DNA of 64,000 bases from NCBI GenBank assembly GCA_043809085.1, contig JAZDEG010000028.1, forward strand, positions 19,458 to 83,457. Direction: 5' to 3'. Below, one piece after another: positions 54,714-64,000 of the stretch (positions within the stretch are counted from its first letter, which is position 1; the number at the start of each line of letters is the position of its first letter). The notes below the pieces were generated by a model that made no database searches, was not told the origin of the DNA, and was given only the letters and a program-made list of their open reading frames with translations. The translations under genes were made by a program, and so were the position numbers. Origin of the DNA: Pseudomonadota bacterium (lineage in GTDB: Bacteria > Desulfobacterota > Desulfobulbia > Desulfobulbales > SURF-16).

Positions 54714-57377
54714 TTACTTCGATTCAGCGGCCAGAACACTCCTGACCAGACGCGCCAGTGTCGTATGATCAACAGGTTTCAGGACGAATGCCTTTACACC
54801 TGTTTCTCTCGCCCGCGCTTCATTCACGGAATCACTGTAGCCGGTGCACAGGATAATCGAGATATCGGGCCGTATGCGGAGGATTTCGCCCGCAAGTTCA
54901 ATTCCGGTAAGACCGGACATGGTCTGGTCGCTGATGACCAGATCGAAACCGGCCGGATCGTGACGGAACAGTTCAAGAGCCTCACGGCTGTCTGTCCTCC
55001 CCGTAACCCGGTAGCCGAGATGGGTAAGTATTCTGGTCAGGAAACCGACTATCATCTCCTCGTCATCCACCACCAGAATACTTTCGCTGCCTGTGGGCAG
55101 GGTCATCGGACTGCTTGCCTGCGGTCCCAAAATCCTGTCCTTAACCTCCGGGAAATAAACGGTGAAAACCGTTCCCTCCCCCGGTTCACTGTCAACCCGG
55201 ATCATGCCGTGGCAGGACTGCACGATGCCATGAACCACGGACAGGCCCATGCCGGTCCCCCGTCCCACCTCCTTGGTGGTGAAAAAGGGATCGAAAATAC
55301 GCTCCATCACCGCCCTGTCCATGCCGTGACCATTGTCGGCAACTACAAGTTCAACATAATCGCCCGCCTTCACCCCGGTTTCGCCTGCAACATCATCTCC
55401 CGTCAAAACTTTCCTGCCCAGCTTCACCCTCAGGCTGCCATGCTGTCCTTCCATGGCATGCAGGGCATTCGTGCAGAGATTGACAATCACCTGCTGGATC
55501 TGCGTCGGATTCGCCTCCACCAACCCGCAATTCGGGTCAATGTCCTCCTTGATCTCGATTGTGGAAGGCAGAGAGGCCCGAATCAGTTTCAATGACTCCT
55601 TGATAATCAGATGGGGTTGCATCACCTCCAGCTTCTGCTGTCCCTTGCGGCTGAAGGTAAGTATCTGACGGACCAGGTCCCTGGCCCGATGGGAGGCCTT
55701 TATGACTTCATCGAGATATTCAATCAGATGGGTATCGGATTTGACCGTCACCTTCGCCATTTCCGTATACCCGAGAATGGCTGACAGGATATTATTGAAG
55801 TCATGGGCGATACCGCCGGCCAGGGTGCCGATTGCTTCCATCTTATGCGCCTGGCGCAATTCTTCATCGATCCGCACCCGTTCGGTTATATCACTATAAA
55901 GGGAAACAACCTCCCTGCTGGGAAGCCGGTAGATACTGTATCGACGCCAGCAGGTCACGCCATTCCTTTCACATGGGGCCAGGGGTATCTCTTCCGCAAC
56001 ACCGGACTTCCACACTCTCCTGAGCACCGGCAACAGGACATCTTCCCCGACTGACGGAAAAACTTCTTTAACCGTACTGCCCACCAGTTCCTCTTTGCCT
56101 CTCCCGTCAATTTCCCGGGCAGCCCGGTTAAAATCAACCCCGACAAAGTCGTCGCCGTTTTCATCCATGGCCTGATACACAGCAACACCGTTGTTCATCC
56201 TGTCAAACAGTTCACGGAATCTGTATTCGCTTGCAGCAAGCGCGTACTCAATTTCCAACCGTTCTTCCACCTCTTGCCGGAGCTGCATATTTTTCACCGA
56301 CAGTTCAGCCGTTTTTTCGGCAACCTGCCTTTGGATTTCCTCATTTCGCAGCCGTGCTTCCTGACCTCTCCGGGAAATGGCCATGCCCATCCCGGTCAGC
56401 AGGAAAACAATGATCATCCCGGCTACGAAAGCCCCTGCGACAGTCGTGTAGTCAATATCCTGCGGGGAAATGGAGCGTTCCACCCGGACATGGTATTTCT
56501 GCCCATGAAACGCCAATGAATAACCCCTGGAAAAAGGAGGAAAAACAATCTTTTGCAGGATCCCCGGATTCTGCGGGGCCGCCTGCCCCCCCTTTACCTC
56601 CTGAAGCCCTCTTGCCGATGCAATCTGCAGGCTGAGCGCAAAACTCTCACTTCCATTGAGTTCCTCCAGCAGCTTCCGCGGATTTATTTCCAGGGCGATA
56701 AGTCCGTAAACCGCCCTGCGGCGCAATTCCGGGGTACCCGGCACATCCTTGCCGGAATAAATCGCTTTGACGACCACCCAAAGAGCGGCAGGGGAATTGA
56801 CCAGGGAATCAGAGGTAAGAACCGCTTCATTCTGCACGACGGCCTCATCAATCACCTTTGCAAAGGTTTTATCAGAGGAAAGGTCATAGCCGATCAGGAT
56901 GGCCTTGAAAGGCTCGAACGGCTCAAAATAGATAAGGGGAAAATGCGTCGGCTTGCTTTCCGCCGGCCGGAATCCCTCTTCGTTGCGGCTGTTGATTGTG
57001 AAGAGAGGAAATCCCTTTTCCCTCATTTCCTGTTCAAAAACCCTGCGCTCATCCTCGTCGATACGGGGGAAATAACCAGTAGAAGCAAAAAAGGGATATC
57101 GTTTGAATATGTGTTCGGAAAAAATGCGGAACTCGTCACCGTCCAACTGCAGGGAGGAATTGACAAAGATGGCGAGACCGGCGCCGGCTTCCTCGATGGC
57201 GCTGATCCGCCTGACGAGATCATCGCGGAGCAGATCAGCCTCATCGGCGATATTCTCCTGGAGGGTTGCAAGGGAATGATTCCAGGAAAAAATGATCAGT
57301 CCCGCAGCACAAACAAGCCCCAGCACAAACAGCGAACAGGGAAGGACCCATTGTCGCTGAAACAAGCGAACTTTCAT
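54714..57377 (-). CDS. Hybrid sensor histidine kinase with periplasmic CHASE-like domain, PAS, HisKA, HATPase_c and C-terminal REC
   Basis: Two TM segments bracket ~280 aa containing YFPRIDEDERRVFEQEM...THFPLIYFEPFEPFKAILIGYDLSSD...AVLTS (CHASE pattern). H-box AGGIAHDFNNILSAILGY. GRGTGMGLSVVHGIV. Receiver ILVVDDEEMI...LVISDQTMSGLTG...VLKP. Confidence 0.9.
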   Translation of the reverse strand: MKVRLFQRQWVLPCSLFVLGLVCAAGLIIFSWNHSLATLQENIADEADLLRDDLVRRISAIEEAGAGLAIFVNSSLQLDGDEFRIFSEHIFKRYPFFASTGYFPRIDEDERRVFEQEMREKGFPLFTINSRNEEGFRPAESKPTHFPLIYFEPFEPFKAILIGYDLSSDKTFAKVIDEAVVQNEAVLTSDSLVNSPAALWVVVKAIYSGKDVPGTPELRRRAVYGLIALEINPRKLLEELNGSESFALSLQIASARGLQEVKGGQAAPQNPGILQKIVFPPFSRGYSLAFHGQKYHVRVERSISPQDIDYTTVAGAFVAGMIIVFLLTGMGMAISRRGQEARLRNEEIQRQVAEKTAELSVKNMQLRQEVEERLEIEYALAASEYRFRELFDRMNNGVAVYQAMDENGDDFVGVDFNRAAREIDGRGKEELVGSTVKEVFPSVGEDVLLPVLRRVWKSGVAEEIPLAPCERNGVTCWRRYSIYRLPSREVVSLYSDITERVRIDEELRQAHKMEAIGTLAGGIAHDFNNILSAILGYTEMAKVTVKSDTHLIEYLDEVIKASHRARDLVRQILTFSRKGQQKLEVMQPHLIIKESLKLIRASLPSTIEIKEDIDPNCGLVEANPTQIQQVIVNLCTNALHAMEGQHGSLRVKLGRKVLTGDDVAGETGVKAGDYVELVVADNGHGMDRAVMERIFDPFFTTKEVGRGTGMGLSVVHGIVQSCHGMIRVDSEPGEGTVFTVYFPEVKDRILGPQASSPMTLPTGSESILVVDDEEMIVGFLTRILTHLGYRVTGRTDSREALELFRHDPAGFDLVISDQTMSGLTGIELAGEILRIRPDISIILCTGYSDSVNEARARETGVKAFVLKPVDHTTLARLVRSVLAAESK

Positions 57378-58348
57378 TGATCGACCTTGACAGCCTTTCT
57401 CAAGATCTCCGAGGGCAAAACAAAACCTATTTTTTCAAGCAGAGGAGAGTTGACATACATATTCCAGCGACGATTGGCAACAATGGGAAAATCAGCAGGC
57501 TTCGCCCCATCCAGAATGCGCAACGCCACCTTTGCCGCCCATTCCCCCTGCTCATAGGCGATTTTCGCCATGGTCAACATACTATACGGGGCCATCCAGT
57601 CGAGATAGGTGACGGTGAATTTTTTCGCCTTGTCAAGCGCCCATGCCCTGGCCCGGCTCTCGTCCCAGTCGTTTATTCCTGCATTGTTGCCGAGAATGAG
57701 GAAATCAGCCTGTTCCTGAGCGGACACAAACCCCTTTTCCCAGTCCGCCATGGTTTTCACCGGAATGTGGCTGATGGTGATGTTGTATTTGCCATAGGCT
57801 TTCTTGTTCATCTCCACTTCCTTGAACTGGGTCAACTCATCAGCGGAGAGGAAAATACCGCGCCTGGCGCCGGGAAGCGCAGACACAACCTGCCCGACGA
57901 GGGAATCAATGGGGCCGACCTCGATCATGCCGGTGGCGTTGGAATAGGGATAGCCATAAGGCTCCGCCGTCCAGTTGATGCCGCAGAAGACAACCGGCAC
58001 CGCAGCATCTTTCAAATAGGGCATGACCAGATATTTTGAAACATTGTCGTCCGCCGCAATCACCACATCAGGCTTCCAGGAGTCGATCAGCCTCTTGGCC
58101 TCGACCGCTTTCTGAGTAGCAAAATCGGAACTTTTGTTGCGTTTGGCATCCATATAAAAGCTGCGAACCTCGCATCTGGATCCGAGCACATCCCCTATGG
58201 CCTTCTCAATATCATCGTTCCAAACATACCCCGCATGATACGATGAAACGTACAAACAGCGCTCCGCAAGGGCATTTCCCGCCGCAAAAAAAGGAAACAA
58301 GAAAACAATTATCAGGACATTTGTCAAACCTGGCCCATGGATACGCAT
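57374..58348 (-). CDS. Periplasmic substrate-binding protein, ABC_sub_bind/BMP-like family, orphan (no permease/ATPase partner nearby)
   Basis: Signal peptide MRIHGPGLTNVLIIVFLFPFFAAGNALA. The mature part (LYVSSYHAGYVWNDDIEKA, DVVIAADDNVSKYLV, PVVFCGINW) fits the type-I periplasmic binding fold family seen with uncharacterised ABC systems. The stop overlaps the kinase ATG (ATGA). Confidence 0.75.
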   Translation of the reverse strand: MRIHGPGLTNVLIIVFLFPFFAAGNALAERCLYVSSYHAGYVWNDDIEKAIGDVLGSRCEVRSFYMDAKRNKSSDFATQKAVEAKRLIDSWKPDVVIAADDNVSKYLVMPYLKDAAVPVVFCGINWTAEPYGYPYSNATGMIEVGPIDSLVGQVVSALPGARRGIFLSADELTQFKEVEMNKKAYGKYNITISHIPVKTMADWEKGFVSAQEQADFLILGNNAGINDWDESRARAWALDKAKKFTVTYLDWMAPYSMLTMAKIAYEQGEWAAKVALRILDGAKPADFPIVANRRWNMYVNSPLLEKIGFVLPSEILRKAVKVDQ

Positions 58349-58467
58349 CCTTTCCCCCTTGTCAGTTTGTGTTGAAGGCGAAATGTATTATTTTGTGCAA
58401 CGTCGTATCACTATACAACATACAACCGGGAAAATTAATGTTTCAATCAAAAACCTCTCATCGTGTT

Positions 58468-61400
58468 TTATTCACTATCCTCTGCCGGACACGACCTGTT
58501 TTTGAAAAACTCAAGATAAAGAAGGGGCACGGCAACCAGAGTAAGCGCCGTGGCCGCCACCGCGCCGAACATCATGGAAATGGCAAGCCCCTGGAAAATC
58601 GGATCAAACAGCATGACAAACGACCCCACCACAACCGCCGCAGCGGTGAGAACAATGGGCCGGAAACGGACAGCGCCCGCAGAGATCAACGCCTTTTTCA
58701 GATCCCCCGTGCTTTGCCATTCCATTTCAACAAAGTCCACCAGAAGGATCGAATTACGAACGATGATGCCGGAAAGGGCGATAAAACCGATCATGGACGT
58801 GGCGGTGAAAAATGCGCCGAACATCCAGTGTCCCGGCAGGATGCCCACCAGGGTCAGAGGAATGGGCGCCATGATGACAAGCGGAGTGGCAAAGCTGCGG
58901 AACCAGGAAACCACCAGCACATAGATGAGCACCATCACCGCTGCAAAGGCCATGCCCAGATCACGGAACACCTCGTAGGTGATGTGCCACTCCCCATCCC
59001 ATTTCATGCTGTAGCGGTCTTCCAGCCAGGGCTGAACGGCGGAATACTGTTTCAGTTCATATCCTTCAGGAAGTTGCTGCTCTTTTATCTTCTCTTTCAT
59101 GTCCAGGATGGCATAAACCGGACTTTCGATGGCGCCGGCCACGTCGCCGGTGACATAGGTTACCCGTTTGAGATTCTTGTGATAAACGGTCTTGTTTTCA
59201 TTACCCTTTTCGATGCGGACCAGTGCGGAAAGAGGCACAAGCGAGCCATCGGCTGCGGGCAGGGTCAGTTCCTGCAGGGAGGCCGGATCAGCCCGGTCCG
59301 GCAGGGAGGCGCGCAGCACCAGTTCCAGCGGTTCCTTTTCTCCTTCATCATGGATAAGACCAACAGAAGAGCCATTCAGCGCCATGCTGAGGGTCTGGGC
59401 AACCATTGCGGTGCTGATGCCGTGTCGGGCCGCCTTTTCCCGGTCAACCGTGTAGGTGATTTTCGGCGCATCATCCTCAACAAACCAGTCGACATCGACA
59501 ACCCCTTCGGTTGATTCCATAACATCGCGCACAAGACCGGCAATCTCGATCTGGCGATTCTCGTCCGGGCCGTATATCTCGGCCACCAGGGTACTGAGCA
59601 CAGGGGGGCCCGGCGGAATCTCCGCCAGTTTGATGCGAGCGCCGTATTTGTCGGCGATTTTTTTAAGTGGCGGTCGCAATCGCGTGGCAAGATCATGACT
59701 TTGGGCCGTGCGCTCGCCCTTGTCGACGAAATTGACCTGGATATCGGCCATATTGGCGCTGCTGCGCATGAAATAATGGCGAACCAGACCGTTAAAATTA
59801 TAGGGGGCCGAGGTGCCGATATACGTTTGATAATTGGTCACCTCCGGCACGGTGTGGAGATAGTCGCCCAGCTCACGGGAAACCGCCGCCGTTCTTTCAA
59901 GACTGGTTCCTTCCGGCATGTCGATGATAACCTGGAGTTCGCTCTTGTTGTCAAAAGGAAGCATCTTCACCGTCACCCCCTTGAAGGGCACAAGCAACAT
60001 GGACAGTGCAAGCAGAAAAGAAACCACCGCCAGCACCCCGAACCGCAGCAGGCGGTTATCGAGCAGGGGACCAAGCATTTTTTCATAGAGGGCATGAAGA
60101 CGTCCGCCATCTTCCTCATTCCCCTTGGCGCTCTTGACATTCTTCAGCACCATATAGCTGAGCCACGGGCTGACGATAAAGGCGACCAGCAGGGAAAAAA
60201 GCATGGCCGCCGAAGCGCCCACGGGAATGGGTCGCATGTAGGGACCCATCAACCCACGGACAAACGCCATGGGCAGCAGGGCGAAGATCACCGCAAAGGT
60301 GGCGAGAATCGTGGGGCTGCCAACCTCGTCAACCGCCCTGACGGCGGTCATCAGACCTGCGCCGTGCAGTTTGAAATGGCGGTGGATATTCTCCACCACG
60401 ACAATGGCGTCATCCACCAGAATACCGATGGAAAATATGAGGGCAAAAAGGGTTACCCGGTTCAGGGTATAACCGTAAAGATAGTTGATGAGCAGGGTCA
60501 GGGCCAGGGTGACGGGTACGGCAACGGCCACCACGATTGCCTCACGCCAACCGAGTGTCAGTGCCATGAGGATGATGACCGAGACAGTGGCGATCAGCAT
60601 ATGATCGAGCAGCTCATTGGATTTTTCCCGGGCGGAATCGCCGTAATTGCGGGTAATTGTCACCTGGACATCGTGGGGCAGAAGGGAGCCGCGCAGCGCC
60701 TCCACCTTGGCAAGCGCCTCATCGGCAACAATACTTGCGTTGGCACCCTGCTTCTTCGATATCGCGATGGTCACTGCTTCGCTCAGACCACTCAGTGATT
60801 GCAGCCCCGGACCGCCGGCAGCCGGACCCGCACCCATAAAAACGTAATTGCGGGGTTCTTCCGGCCCGTCGGTCAATCGGGCGACATCCCGGAGATAAAC
60901 CGGCCTCCCGTCGCTGACCGTTATCACCAACCGGCCAATATCATCGATACTCTGCAGAAAAGCTCCGGTGTCAACGAGAAATTCCCGATCGCCAGAGGGA
61001 AAGGAACCGGACTGCAGGCGGAAGTTTGCCTGCTCCAGGGTTGCGGCGATCCGGGAGCCGGAAAGGCCGTAAGCCCTCAGCCGCACGGGATCAAGAGTGA
61101 CCAGCACCTGGCGCTTCTGCCCGCCGATGACGGAGAATTCCGAAACCTGCTGGTCCTTTTTCAACTCATCGGCCAACTCAACCGCAATGCGGCGCAGCTC
61201 GTAGCCGGAATATCTCCCATCGCCGCCCCACAATGTCAAGGTCAGAACCGGCACATCATCAATGGACTTGGGCCGCACCAGGGGCGGGGAAACGCCGACG
61301 GGAATTTTATCATAATGGGACATCAGCTTGGTGTGGAGATTGACCATGCTCTTTTCCAGGTCCTCTCCCACGTAAAATCGGACAATGGTCAGATTCATCC

Positions 61401-61677
61401 CGGGCTGGGCGATAGAATAGATATACTCGACGCCCTTGATCTCCCAGAGAAATTTCTCCATGGGCTTCGTGACCCGCTCCTCCACCTCCTTGGCGGAGGC
61501 GCCGGGATAACTCACCATGACGTCGATCATCGGCACGACAATCTGCGGTTCCTCCTCCCGGGGAGTAACCAGCACTGCGAAAACACCGAGCAAAAGAGAG
61601 GCCAGAACGATCAGGGGGGTCAGTTTCGACTTGATAAAGGCCTTGGCGATAATGCCGGAAATGCCGATTCCTTTCAT
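58468..61677 (-). CDS. RND efflux pump inner-membrane permease (AcrB/AcrD/AcrF family)
   Basis: 1,069 aa with 12 TM segments and two large periplasmic loops. N-terminus [22 protein letters not shown]...[29 protein letters not shown] and [17 protein letters not shown] are family hallmarks. Confidence 0.95.
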   Translation of the reverse strand: MKGIGISGIIAKAFIKSKLTPLIVLASLLLGVFAVLVTPREEEPQIVVPMIDVMVSYPGASAKEVEERVTKPMEKFLWEIKGVEYIYSIAQPGMNLTIVRFYVGEDLEKSMVNLHTKLMSHYDKIPVGVSPPLVRPKSIDDVPVLTLTLWGGDGRYSGYELRRIAVELADELKKDQQVSEFSVIGGQKRQVLVTLDPVRLRAYGLSGSRIAATLEQANFRLQSGSFPSGDREFLVDTGAFLQSIDDIGRLVITVSDGRPVYLRDVARLTDGPEEPRNYVFMGAGPAAGGPGLQSLSGLSEAVTIAISKKQGANASIVADEALAKVEALRGSLLPHDVQVTITRNYGDSAREKSNELLDHMLIATVSVIILMALTLGWREAIVVAVAVPVTLALTLLINYLYGYTLNRVTLFALIFSIGILVDDAIVVVENIHRHFKLHGAGLMTAVRAVDEVGSPTILATFAVIFALLPMAFVRGLMGPYMRPIPVGASAAMLFSLLVAFIVSPWLSYMVLKNVKSAKGNEEDGGRLHALYEKMLGPLLDNRLLRFGVLAVVSFLLALSMLLVPFKGVTVKMLPFDNKSELQVIIDMPEGTSLERTAAVSRELGDYLHTVPEVTNYQTYIGTSAPYNFNGLVRHYFMRSSANMADIQVNFVDKGERTAQSHDLATRLRPPLKKIADKYGARIKLAEIPPGPPVLSTLVAEIYGPDENRQIEIAGLVRDVMESTEGVVDVDWFVEDDAPKITYTVDREKAARHGISTAMVAQTLSMALNGSSVGLIHDEGEKEPLELVLRASLPDRADPASLQELTLPAADGSLVPLSALVRIEKGNENKTVYHKNLKRVTYVTGDVAGAIESPVYAILDMKEKIKEQQLPEGYELKQYSAVQPWLEDRYSMKWDGEWHITYEVFRDLGMAFAAVMVLIYVLVVSWFRSFATPLVIMAPIPLTLVGILPGHWMFGAFFTATSMIGFIALSGIIVRNSILLVDFVEMEWQSTGDLKKALISAGAVRFRPIVLTAAAVVVGSFVMLFDPIFQGLAISMMFGAVAATALTLVAVPLLYLEFFKNRSCPAEDSE

Positions 61678-62792
61678 TATTTTTGTTCCTCAGACAGGAT
61701 GCCGCCGTCCTTTGCCCTGTCAACTCCAGCCACGACAATTTTCTCTCCGGGCACAAGTCCGGTCAGTATTTCCGTCTTCCCATCATAATCGCGTCCGAGC
61801 CGCACCAGCCGATAGGAAAGAACATCGGCTTCATTGACCACATAGACTCCGGAGAGCTGCCCCTTGCGAACAATGGAAGCATTCGGCAGAAGAAGCACAG
61901 ACTTGCTGCCCAAACCAATTCGGGCCGTTGCGTGCTGACCGCTGCGGAGACCGTCGCCGTTGATGGTGACTTTCACCAGAAATGTCCGTGTTCGCGGGTC
62001 CACACTTGGGACCACGTCAAGAATTCTTCCCTTGAACTCGGCTGCAGGCGCCGCAATTGCAACCCGCACCGGACTTTCTTTTTCCAGGCGACCGGCAAGA
62101 CTTTCACTGACCCAGAGATCAAGGGTAAGGGATGTGTTGTCTTCAATGGTGAAAAGCACCATGCCGGGCATGGCCATTGTCCCGAGTTCCGCCTCCTTGC
62201 TGGTCACAACTCCCGTCACAGGTGAAGTAATTCTGGTAAATTCCCGGTAAACTCCTGCCTCGTCCCGTCCGGCCCTGACCCTATCAATCATCCTTTCCAG
62301 CCGGGCGTATTCAAGGGACGCAACATCTCTGGCGGTCCGGGCCTGATCGAGCTCCTGCCCGGTCAGCGCCTTGCCCTCAAAAAGATTTGCGTAGCGCTGC
62401 CAGGTGATTTCGGCGAGTTCCTTCTGTTTTCCCGCCGCAGCCAGACCGCTTTCCGCCTCAGACAGAGCTGCATCGGCCGCAGCAACCTTCTGCCTGACAT
62501 CGCGGTCATCAAGTGTGGCAAGGAGTTGACCGGCCTTTACCCGCTCGCCTTCGCGCACAAGTACCTCTGTTATGACACCCATCATCCTGGACGCCACCCG
62601 GCTTGTGGTCTGCGCGGTCAGCGTGCCGGATGTCTCATAAAAATCGCCGATTTCGGAAAGTCCGGCCTCAGCGACTTCAACCCCGGATACCGCCGGTCTT
62701 TCGATCCGCACCTGTTCCGCCTCTTTTCTGTCGCTGCAGCCACAGAAAAGAAGAACCACCATCAGCATGCAAAGGAATACACTCATTTTCAT
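61677..62792 (-). CDS. RND efflux periplasmic adaptor (membrane fusion protein), lipoprotein
   Basis: Lipobox LLFCGCSD. Biotinyl-lipoyl-like hairpin ([12 protein letters not shown]), coiled-coil, beta-barrel segments. ATG at 62792 with an AAGGGAG RBS. The stop overlaps the RND start by 1 nt (TAATG). Confidence 0.9.
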   Translation of the reverse strand: MKMSVFLCMLMVVLLFCGCSDRKEAEQVRIERPAVSGVEVAEAGLSEIGDFYETSGTLTAQTTSRVASRMMGVITEVLVREGERVKAGQLLATLDDRDVRQKVAAADAALSEAESGLAAAGKQKELAEITWQRYANLFEGKALTGQELDQARTARDVASLEYARLERMIDRVRAGRDEAGVYREFTRITSPVTGVVTSKEAELGTMAMPGMVLFTIEDNTSLTLDLWVSESLAGRLEKESPVRVAIAAPAAEFKGRILDVVPSVDPRTRTFLVKVTINGDGLRSGQHATARIGLGSKSVLLLPNASIVRKGQLSGVYVVNEADVLSYRLVRLGRDYDGKTEILTGLVPGEKIVVAGVDRAKDGGILSEEQK

Positions 62793-62833
62793 CAGATTCT
62801 CCCTTCTTTCACAGCCTGCCCCTGCCGCCATTC

Positions 62834-64000
62834 TCATTTCCCCCCGTCCACGCCGAAATCTTGCAGAATCGTGCCGCTTTCACAACTGAGAACAGCCTTT
62901 GAAAGCAGATGATCATTTTTCCTGGAAACAACAACCGCCCGGGCATTATCCAGGGCCGCCTGCACATCAAGAAGATCAACGAGCTGGGAGAGGGAATTCT
63001 CATAGCGCACCTGCACCAGTCGCCGCCCCTCCTCTGCCGTGGCAAGGGAAGCCTGGGCAAGTTCGAGATTCTTCTCCGCCTCTTCAACTCCCCTGTATGC
63101 CTCGTACACCTTGAAATCCACCATCTTTTTCAGTCCGTCGAGATATTCCCTGCTCTCGGCGATGCGGTGTCTGGCCTTCATTTTTTCATACTGCCTCTTG
63201 CTGCCGTCATAAAGACGCCAGCGGGCAACGGCCGCTACCTGCCAGCTTTCCCCCTCGGAACCGAAAGGCGCCTCGTGGTCATTCAACTGATACGTCCCCC
63301 CCACTCCGAGGGTGGGCAGAAATCCCGCCCCGGCCAGCTCCAGACTCTTTTCGGCATTTTCATGCCGCGCTTCCATGGCCTGCACGTCCTGCCGCCTGCC
63401 GGCCGCCTCGCTGTAATAGGGAAGTTCACGAAGCGCGATTTCAATATGTTGCGGATCCGCATCAAGGGGCTCCGTCAGGCCAAGCAGGAGGCCAAGACCC
63501 TTTCGGGCCACATCATGATTCTTGCGGCTGCTCACCAGTTGCTGCTCCGCCTCGGTCATTGCGGTTTTCGCCCGCAGGATATCTGAATAAAGCCCAAGTC
63601 CGTTCTTATGCCGCAACTCGGCAATCCTGGCATGTTCAGCCGCATCCTCCACCCCTTTTTCCGCCACCGCGACAAAATCACGGCTGGTCAGCACTCCCAG
63701 GTAGGCCTTAACAACTTCAAGAGCGATCTCCTCCCGGCTCCTCCGGTACTGGAGATCCATGGCCTCCGCCTGTTTTCCGGCCATTTCCTCCCCGATCCGT
63801 GCCTCCCGAACGAAGATGGGCTGCTCGATTGAAAACGAGGTCTGGAAATCCTGGATCGAATCCGGATTGTTCAGGGAGTTGATGGCAAAATCGGTGGCGG
63901 CAAAACGTTCCTGGTTCAGCTTTGCCATGAAGGCGTAAGTGGGGTTGGCGGTGCGCATATATCGCTCCTCGATCATCACCGAGGGGCGCATACCGCTCCC
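62834..64000 (-). CDS. TolC-family outer-membrane efflux protein (N-terminus beyond the window edge)
   Basis: The frame stays open to nt 64000. Long heptad-like helical repeats (DLLDVQAALDNARAVVVSRKNDH, ILRAKTAMTEAEQQLVSSRKNHDVARKGL) are typical of OEP/TolC. It is the first gene of the OMP-MFP-RND operon. Confidence 0.85.
   Translation of the reverse strand, partial: GSGMRPSVMIEERYMRTANPTYAFMAKLNQERFAATDFAINSLNNPDSIQDFQTSFSIEQPIFVREARIGEEMAGKQAEAMDLQYRRSREEIALEVVKAYLGVLTSRDFVAVAEKGVEDAAEHARIAELRHKNGLGLYSDILRAKTAMTEAEQQLVSSRKNHDVARKGLGLLLGLTEPLDADPQHIEIALRELPYYSEAAGRRQDVQAMEARHENAEKSLELAGAGFLPTLGVGGTYQLNDHEAPFGSEGESWQVAAVARWRLYDGSKRQYEKMKARHRIAESREYLDGLKKMVDFKVYEAYRGVEEAEKNLELAQASLATAEEGRRLVQVRYENSLSQLVDLLDVQAALDNARAVVVSRKNDHLLSKAVLSCESGTILQDFGVDGGK

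Overview
This 64-kb chromosomal window is densely coded. I call about 55 protein genes and one tRNA-Cys. It has no rRNA, CRISPR array, transposase, integrase or recognisable defence gene. By eye the sequence is roughly 50% GC. The gene content (rubrerythrin, bacteriohemerythrin, several hybrid histidine kinases, a sigma-54-type promoter, MopE-type Cys-rich repeats) suggests an anaerobic Desulfobacterota/deltaproteobacterium-like organism, but this is inference only.

The housekeeping genes are clear: efp-epmA, pepN, an mltD-like gene, surE, yhbY, cmoA-cmoB, rnc, asnS, dus and a suhB-like gene. Metal transport is prominent: a CusA-like RND fragment, ZupT, a CDF fusion, and a complete OMP-MFP-RND efflux operon at the right edge. 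TraB/GumN-family genes occur twice.

The unusual content is as follows:
- A 6.7-kb gene encodes a 2,240-aa secreted mosaic protein (GEVED, lectin-like, six 108-aa Cys-rich repeats, about 22 thrombospondin-type-3 Ca loops, PKD). It carries near-identical 324-bp tandem DNA repeats and is preceded by a sigma-54-like promoter.
- Two separate modules pair an orphan periplasmic solute-binding protein gene, translationally coupled, with a hybrid histidine kinase. One sits directly upstream of the giant gene. The other is divergent from a receiver-pyruvate kinase fusion.
- A motB-motA / PilZ / long CheZ-like cluster.
- A degenerate receiver-TPR protein.
- A CDF-NifX-like fusion.

All functional calls come from reading the translations against remembered family signatures. 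No database search was run. Many long ORFs in the supplied track are antisense shadows of real genes and were rejected.
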